From Halomicronema hongdechloris C2206 (GTDB taxonomy: Bacteria > Cyanobacteriota > Cyanobacteriia > Phormidesmidales > Phormidesmidaceae): a stretch of DNA of 32,000 nt. Numbering within the stretch: the stretch's first letter is position 1; the number at the start of each line of letters is the position of its first letter. A model generated the notes under the pieces. It was given only the letters and a program-made list of their open reading frames with translations. It was not told where the DNA came from and ran no database searches. The stretch spans positions 3,210,001 through 3,242,000 of the forward strand of contig NZ_CP021983.2 in assembly GCF_002075285.3 (NCBI RefSeq), in the 5' to 3' direction. The translations under genes were made by a program, and so were the position numbers. Below are positions 26,776 to 32,000 of the stretch, one piece after another.

Positions 26776-26836
26776 GGGGGTCCCCCCTAGTGAATAGCGG
26801 CCAACGAACGCCGGCATGCTCAGGCCCACTACGGCA

Positions 26837-26865
26837 CCGGAGCCTCCCCGTTGGGAGCACTCCGG
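26837..26865 (-). other. GC-rich two-tier hairpin in the spacer between the two flv genes
   Basis: On the minus strand the sequence reads CCGGAG-UG-CUCCC-AACG-GGGAG-G-CUCCGG. That gives a 6-bp outer stem, a 5-bp inner stem and a tetraloop. No U-tract follows. Confidence 0.5.
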
Positions 26866-26884
26866 ATCGGACCTGGGGCCTGGG

Positions 26885-28609
26885 TTAATAATAGGTGCCG
26901 ACTTTACGATGATGGACGGCGGTGATGCCATCGGGATTAGAGACTCTGCCATCCTGGACCGTGCAATAGACCAGCCAGTGATCGCTCATTTCCATGCGAG
27001 TGGCCACCTGGCACTCTAGATAAGCCAAGGCATCAGCTAGAATTGGCACTCCATTCTGGGCCAGACGGGTGCGCACTCCAGCAAAGCGGTCGGCCCCTGG
27101 CGGGAAGCGTTTGAGGAAGTGCTTCATCAAGGGTAGGTGACGCCCCTCCTCGAGCACATTGAGCACGAAGGGATCACCCACTTGCATTAGGGATTCGATG
27201 GCCCGATCCTTAGCCACCGATATGGTAAAGCCCAAGGGCTCAAAGCTGGCCTGGGAGACCCAAGAGGCCACCATGGCGCTGCTGATATCACCTTGTTTGG
27301 CCGTAATGATGTAGAGACCACTGCTGATGCGGCCCAGGGCCTTTTGCAGATCGCCATCCAAGGCTTTCAGTTGCTTCAGACGATCCTTCTGGCTTAACAA
27401 TTGGCCAAAGTCGGTGCCCGTCTCTTCACAAAGCTGGTAGGTGGCTTCTGTGGGCGTGTCTTTCAGGCGAATCGGAGCAAAGGCGGGCGTGACATCCAGT
27501 TCCTGAAACCTACTCATGAGGGGATCGATGGGGTCATCGTCGCCGCCGTAGGACTCGAACAGGCCGATGGTTTGCTTACTGTGGACGGCGGCCAGAATGG
27601 TCCCTAGGGTGGCTTGGGCCTGCTTGGCCCGATCGCCAGAGGAGGGAGGCATGCCAATGGCTACACCGTTGGCGCGACTCACCAGTTCCTGCACCTCGTG
27701 GGTGTCGGCACCGCGCATGTCCATCATTTCGACGGCCACACCGGTCTTGGTGATGCCTCGGGCAATGGCCTGGGAGATGCGATCGCTGTAGCCGTAGTCG
27801 GAGATGTAGAACACGGCCACCAGAGTCTCGGCTTGGCTTTTCGCTTGACTCCAGCGGCGATAGCGCCCGGTCAGTTCTTCTACGTTGTGCCGCAGTAGGG
27901 GACCATGGCCAGTGGCGATGGTCTGAATAGGAGCATCAAGGGCATCCATGCGCTTCATGGCCGAGAGCACGGAACGGGCGTTGGGGGCCATGAGGCAGTC
28001 GTAGTAAAACCGAAAGTCGGGAGAAATGGCCTTTAGGTCTTCGTCGTAGAGGTCATCGCTGCAGTAATGGAGGCCAAAGGCATCGCAGGTGAAGAGGATG
28101 GCCGTCTTAGGATCGTAGGTAAAGATGGTGTCGGGCCAGTGCAGGTTGGGAGCATTGATGAAGGTCAGTTCATGGCCCTGGCCCAGATCTAGCACATCAC
28201 CGTTTTTGACAACCTGCCGTTGGAAAGGGCGATGGATCAGGTTTTCTAGAAATGCGATCGCAACCTTAGCGCCCACCACCGTCGCCTGGGGAGCCAGTTC
28301 CAGCACATCTCCCACCAGCCCACTGTGATCGGGCTCCGTATGGCTGATGATGATGTAATCAATGCGCTTAGGGTCAATTTGCCCCGTCAGGGTATCGAGA
28401 TAGAGTTGGCGAAACTTTTCATGGGAGGTATCCACCAGAGCCACCTTATCTCCTCGGATGATGTGGGAGTTGTAGGTAGTGCCATTCTGCAGTCCAAACT
28501 CAATGTCGAAGCGATCGCGATCCCAATCTAGAGAACGTATAGTCGTCATCTCTGGGGCAACATCAGCCACCTGCATCGTCAGGCGTTTAGGCTGCACGCT
28601 AGTAACCAT
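26885..28609 (-). CDS. flv3: Class C flavodiiron protein, FlvB-type (canonical diiron ligands); probably Flv3
   Basis: It carries the canonical SHTEPDHSG motif, a flavodoxin-like domain (AVFYISDYGYSD) and a flavin-reductase-like C-terminus. Start ATG 28609 (MVTSVQPKRL) has GGAGG 6 nt upstream. The Flv3 versus Flv4 choice is inferred from the absence of an sll0218-like gene between the two flv genes. Confidence 0.88.
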   Translation of the reverse strand: MVTSVQPKRLTMQVADVAPEMTTIRSLDWDRDRFDIEFGLQNGTTYNSHIIRGDKVALVDTSHEKFRQLYLDTLTGQIDPKRIDYIIISHTEPDHSGLVGDVLELAPQATVVGAKVAIAFLENLIHRPFQRQVVKNGDVLDLGQGHELTFINAPNLHWPDTIFTYDPKTAILFTCDAFGLHYCSDDLYDEDLKAISPDFRFYYDCLMAPNARSVLSAMKRMDALDAPIQTIATGHGPLLRHNVEELTGRYRRWSQAKSQAETLVAVFYISDYGYSDRISQAIARGITKTGVAVEMMDMRGADTHEVQELVSRANGVAIGMPPSSGDRAKQAQATLGTILAAVHSKQTIGLFESYGGDDDPIDPLMSRFQELDVTPAFAPIRLKDTPTEATYQLCEETGTDFGQLLSQKDRLKQLKALDGDLQKALGRISSGLYIITAKQGDISSAMVASWVSQASFEPLGFTISVAKDRAIESLMQVGDPFVLNVLEEGRHLPLMKHFLKRFPPGADRFAGVRTRLAQNGVPILADALAYLECQVATRMEMSDHWLVYCTVQDGRVSNPDGITAVHHRKVGTYY

Positions 28610-28771
28610 GGGAGTCCTCCTCAATACCTACGCCGTTCCAAAGCAATTCTCTAGAGTGGCTAAACGACTATGGCCCTGTTCCTAATCACCCTTTTTAGTC
28701 CAGTCTCTAATCCAGTTCCCAGCTAGGGTAGCCATAGGATTTTTTACTTAGTCCTATTCTGGCGCAAAAAA

Positions 28772-28789
28772 TGTAACGCAAACGTTACA
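28772..28789. promoter_or_regulatory. Palindromic candidate operator TGTAACG-CAAA-CGTTACA in the divergent flv / mnmD-like intergenic region
   Basis: Perfect 7-bp arms at 28772-28778 and 28783-28789. It abuts a possible -35 TTGCTT (28791-28796) for the plus-strand gene and lies about 165-180 nt upstream of the flv start. Confidence 0.35.
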
Positions 28790-28885
28790 ATTGCTTATTG
28801 GTTCTAACACCTTAGCTAAAGGGTCACCATCTGTCAGTGTCCTGCAACGCCCCTAAGACCCTCACAGCCGCCCTGGGGAAAGACT

Positions 28886-29773
28886 ATGGTCCATCATCCA
28901 CTGGTTCCCTACGACGATTTTGCCCCAGAGCTTACTGCTGATGGCTCCTTCACCTTTTATTCTGAGACCTTCGACGAAGGGTTCCACAGCGCCGCCGGGG
29001 CCTATCAGGAAGCCCGCCACACCTATGGAGACAGTACCCGACTGTGCCAGAAAGCCTTTGGCTCACGGCTCTGCCTGCTAGATGTCTGCTACGGTCTGGG
29101 CTACAACTCTGCCGCCGCCCTAGACATCATCTGGCAGACCAATCCCACCTGTCGAGTCACCCTGGTGGGTCTAGAACTAGATGCTAGGGTGCCGGTGGCC
29201 GCGGTAGAGGCCGGATTTACTGAGGGATGGTCCCCTGACACCCAAGCTATCCTGAAGCAGTTGGCCCATCAGCACACCATCCAGACTGACTACCTCGAGG
29301 CCCGCCTATTGATAGGAGATGCTCGCCAAACTATCCAACCGCTTGTAAAGAGCGGGTTCCAAGCCGACGCCATCTTCTTCGATCCCTTCTCACCGCCCCA
29401 CTGTCCTCAACTCTGGACCGTAGAATTTATTGCTCAGGTGGCTCACTGCCTCAAACCCGCAGGCTATCTCGCCACCTACTCCTGTGCTGCCGCCGTCCGT
29501 ACCGCCTTTCAACAGACAGGATTAAGCATTGGTGCCATCCCTGCCGCTGGTCGCCGCTGGTCCGGTACCCTGGTTAACTGGTCGGGCATAGGCTTACCTG
29601 CCCTGACTCAGCGAGAACAGGAACACCTGGACACTAAAGCAGCTGTTCCTTACCGCGACCCCACCCTGAAAGATACCGCCGAAGCCATTCAGCAACGCCG
29701 CCGCCAGGAGCAGCAAACCTCTCCCTTAAGACCGACAGGGCAATGGCGCAAGCGCTGGCTAGGACGGACCTAG
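28886..29773 (+). CDS. mnmD: MnmC methyltransferase-domain-only protein (DUF752/MnmD-like SAM-dependent tRNA mnm5s2U34 methyltransferase)
   Basis: Motifs LLDVCYGLGYN (SAM-binding Gly-rich segment) and AIFFDPFSPPHCPQLWT correspond to the FLDGFAP..NP.LW motif of the MnmC methyltransferase domain. There is no FAD oxidoreductase domain. The C-terminal tail is basic. Confidence 0.7.
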   Translation: MVHHPLVPYDDFAPELTADGSFTFYSETFDEGFHSAAGAYQEARHTYGDSTRLCQKAFGSRLCLLDVCYGLGYNSAAALDIIWQTNPTCRVTLVGLELDARVPVAAVEAGFTEGWSPDTQAILKQLAHQHTIQTDYLEARLLIGDARQTIQPLVKSGFQADAIFFDPFSPPHCPQLWTVEFIAQVAHCLKPAGYLATYSCAAAVRTAFQQTGLSIGAIPAAGRRWSGTLVNWSGIGLPALTQREQEHLDTKAAVPYRDPTLKDTAEAIQQRRRQEQQTSPLRPTGQWRKRWLGRT

Positions 29774-30000
29774 TAAGCGGTGGCGTAAGTGCGATTACTA
29801 TCCATTGACTGGAGAGGTAGGGAGCAGGGGGGCAGGAATGGTCGGTTTAACGTCCGCCATGAAGTACTAGTCCCGTGTGTAGGCGATACCAATTCTCTCA
29901 ATTCCAGCGACACATAGAGCCTCGACTATCCAGTCCCACTGTGTCAGTGAACGCACGAATTCAGGAGCCAGTTGAGTGAACCAGTGATCAACGGCTTGCT

Positions 30001-30032
30001 GCCATTGCCCAGTAACGCTATTGCCCGGTCAC
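30001..30032. repeat. Imperfect 16-nt tandem duplication spanning the histidine-kinase stop codon
   Basis: Read on the minus strand, GTGACCGGGCAATAGC (30032-30017) is followed by GTTACTGGGCAATGGC (30016-30001). 13 of 16 positions are identical. The kinase TAG stop lies in the first copy, where the second copy has TGG. Confidence 0.8.
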
Positions 30033-32000
30033 GGCAAAGGTAGACAAGGCGGCTTCGACGTGGCTATAGTGGGCTTCAATTTCCGTGACGATGGCTGCCC
30101 CATGGGTTAAATCGCCCTCTTTGCCGATTCCCTCCAGCAAGCGGCATCGTTCTGCAAGCGACACGGCTCCTAAACTGGCACTGCTAGATTTCAACTTGTG
30201 GGCTGCAAAACTCAGGGCGCTTGCATCTTGGTGAGCGATCGCCGTTTTCATGGTTTGAATCAATGCTGGGGTTTCTTCTACAAAGATGTCGAGCAGCATT
30301 GTCAGGCAGTCACGGGAATTGGCTCCCATGGACGCGAGCGTGGTTTGCAGGGCACCGTAGTCAATCATGGGGACGCGGCTACCGGAGGAGTCGTCTTCAG
30401 CGACGGGCTCGGGGGTGGGCAGGACAGGAGGTTGGCGATTCGTCAGGTGAGAAGACCCACGAGTTAGGGCCTGGATGAGATCGTTGAACCGAATCGGCTT
30501 GCCGACATAGTCATTCATCCCCGCGTGCAAACACCGTTCCCGATCGCCTTGCATGGCATTTGCCGTCATGGCAACAATATAAGGGCGCTCTACCGCCGGA
30601 TAGCACTCGCAAATCTGTCGGGTGGCCGTGAGTCCATCCATTTCAGGCATCTGCACATCCATCAAAATGACATCATAGAATTGGCGACTGATCGCATCGA
30701 GCACTTCCAGTCCGTTAGCGACGATATCGGCTCGATAGCCCAGCCGTTGAAGTAGTTGGATGGCAAGCTTTTGATTCACCCCATTATCTTCTGCAACCAA
30801 AATTTTAAGGGGAAGTTTCTCTGCCAATTGATGATCCAGCTCAAATTTTTGTGGTTCAGAATACTGAATCCGGATGGGCTGCTCGTGAACGATGCCAATC
30901 AGCGCGTTGAATAGCTGAGACTGCTTGATGGGCTTATTGAGAAAGGCTGCGAAGTGCGCTTTAATCTGCTCCTCGTCCATCTCGTACTGACCAATCGAGG
31001 TCAGCATCACCAGCGGTAAGTGGCGATAGAACGGTTGTTGATGAATCGCTTGAGCCACCATCAGGCCATCCATGTGGGGCATCTGCATGTCAAGAATGGC
31101 TAGATCGATCTCGGGATGGCGGGTTAAAATCTCTAGTGCTTCTGTTCCCGATGCAGCCACATGGGGAATCAAACCCCATGATTGGGTTTGTCGCATCAGG
31201 ATTTTGCGGTTAGTGTCGTTGTCGTCTACGATCAGCACCGCTTTCTGTTGCAGGTCGTGAGCGCTGCTGGTATGGATCCCATGATTTTGCTCCAAGGCTT
31301 TGATGGTGATGGTGAAAAAGAAGGTGGTTCCCTCGCCGACCTCACTTTCCATCCATATCTTGCCGCCCATTAGCTCGACCAGCTGTTGGCAGATGACTAG
31401 CCCCAGCCCGGTACCGCCATATTTACGGGTGGTGGAGGAGTCGATCTGGCTAAAGGGCTGAAAGAGTCGATCCATGCGTTCAGCCGGAATGCCAATGCCC
31501 GTATCCTGGACCGAAAACTGGAGCGATCGCCAATCCTCGGTCTGAGCCTCTCTGGCCAGTCCATCTGAGGGAGAGCAGGTCGAAACCCGAGCCACAATCT
31601 CGCCCTTGGGGGTAAATTTGACCGCATTGCTGAGCAGGTTCACCAGGATTTGCCGCAGTCGTGCCACATCTCCCAGCACCAAATCAGGCACATCGTGATC
31701 AATTTGATAGGCTAGCTCGAGCTGCTTTTCGGCTGCTTTTGCAAACAGCACATCAAAGGATTCTTCCACACAGTCCCGAATCTCAAAGGGATGTTCTTCC
31801 AGCTCTAGCCTGCCCGACTCGATTTTCGAGAAGTCTAAAATGTCGTTGATAATCGTGAGCAAGGCATCACCGCTGCTGCGGATGGTTGCGGCAAAGTCTT
31901 GTTGGGTAGGGGTCAAGGGCGTGTCTAACAAGAGCCCTGTCATGCCGATCACCGCATTCATTGGCGTGCGAATTTCGTGGCTCATCATGGCTAGAAATTC
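30018..32000 (-). CDS. Hybrid sensor histidine kinase (HisKA-HATPase_c-REC-REC-Hpt); the N-terminal sensor part lies outside the window
   Basis: H-box [12 protein letters not shown]-box [11 protein letters not shown]-boxes DTGIGI and GGTGLGL. Two receiver domains ([10 protein letters not shown]...[11 protein letters not shown] and [11 protein letters not shown]...[11 protein letters not shown]...KPI). C-terminal Hpt ([12 protein letters not shown]). The frame stays open to base 32000. Confidence 0.9.
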   Translation of the reverse strand, partial: EFLAMMSHEIRTPMNAVIGMTGLLLDTPLTPTQQDFAATIRSSGDALLTIINDILDFSKIESGRLELEEHPFEIRDCVEESFDVLFAKAAEKQLELAYQIDHDVPDLVLGDVARLRQILVNLLSNAVKFTPKGEIVARVSTCSPSDGLAREAQTEDWRSLQFSVQDTGIGIPAERMDRLFQPFSQIDSSTTRKYGGTGLGLVICQQLVELMGGKIWMESEVGEGTTFFFTITIKALEQNHGIHTSSAHDLQQKAVLIVDDNDTNRKILMRQTQSWGLIPHVAASGTEALEILTRHPEIDLAILDMQMPHMDGLMVAQAIHQQPFYRHLPLVMLTSIGQYEMDEEQIKAHFAAFLNKPIKQSQLFNALIGIVHEQPIRIQYSEPQKFELDHQLAEKLPLKILVAEDNGVNQKLAIQLLQRLGYRADIVANGLEVLDAISRQFYDVILMDVQMPEMDGLTATRQICECYPAVERPYIVAMTANAMQGDRERCLHAGMNDYVGKPIRFNDLIQALTRGSSHLTNRQPPVLPTPEPVAEDDSSGSRVPMIDYGALQTTLASMGANSRDCLTMLLDIFVEETPALIQTMKTAIAHQDASALSFAAHKLKSSSASLGAVSLAERCRLLEGIGKEGDLTHGAAIVTEIEAHYSHVEAALSTFAVTGQ

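Noticed and set aside
26776-26952. N-terminal extension of the downstream flavodiiron ORF (ORF-track start at 26952, 631 aa)
   Set aside because: The extension overlaps the 3' end of the upstream flv gene, which ends at 26885. Its composition is low-complexity and Pro/Gly/Ser-rich. The conserved Flv N-terminus begins at ATG 26775 (MTTTHSPRDVQVFPIA), parallel to the start of the upstream paralogue.
28772-28789. Interpretation of TGTAACGCAAACGTTACA as an NtcA or CRP-family site
   Set aside because: Its spacing is GTA-N10-TAC / TGT-N12-ACA rather than GTA-N8-TAC / TGT-N10-ACA. I keep it only as an unassigned palindromic operator candidate.

Overview
This is a cyanobacterial chromosomal segment. 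The evidence is 15 copies of the HIP1 octamer GCGATCGC, an adjacent flavodiiron (flv) gene pair, phylloquinone genes menF and menD, and typical cyanobacterial housekeeping genes.

Plus-strand core genes: a NUDIX hydrolase fragment, a small membrane protein, rpsB-tsf, an acidic low-complexity protein, recG, rplI, dnaB, a 65-aa protein, dapB, a two-TM membrane protein and an MnmD-like methyltransferase.

Minus-strand core genes: a HAD-IIB phosphatase, a LapA-domain protein, menD, menF, the two flavodiiron genes and a hybrid histidine kinase that runs off the window end.

The only clearly accessory block is a 7.7 kb low-GC, HIP1-poor glycan cluster on the minus strand (10696-18406). It encodes a GT4 glycosyltransferase, rfbF, rfbG, an RmlC-like epimerase, an SDR reductase, a GT61-like transferase and a Wzy-like polytopic membrane protein.

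I found no rRNA, tRNA, CRISPR array, transposase, integrase or recognisable defence gene. I did not find convincing evidence for a brand-new multi-gene system.

The best leads are:
- the glycan island, whose CDP-sugar pathway lacks the 3-deoxygenation enzymes and whose reductase has an atypical active-site motif;
- an 850-nt AT-rich orphan region packed with perfect short tandem duplications and a micro-ORF with a strong SD;
- palindromic candidate operators at 17022-17061 and 28772-28789;
- a 16-nt duplication that coincides with the stop codon of the histidine kinase;
- decayed ORF fragments at the island edge.

All functional calls rest on motif recognition by eye. No database search was run.
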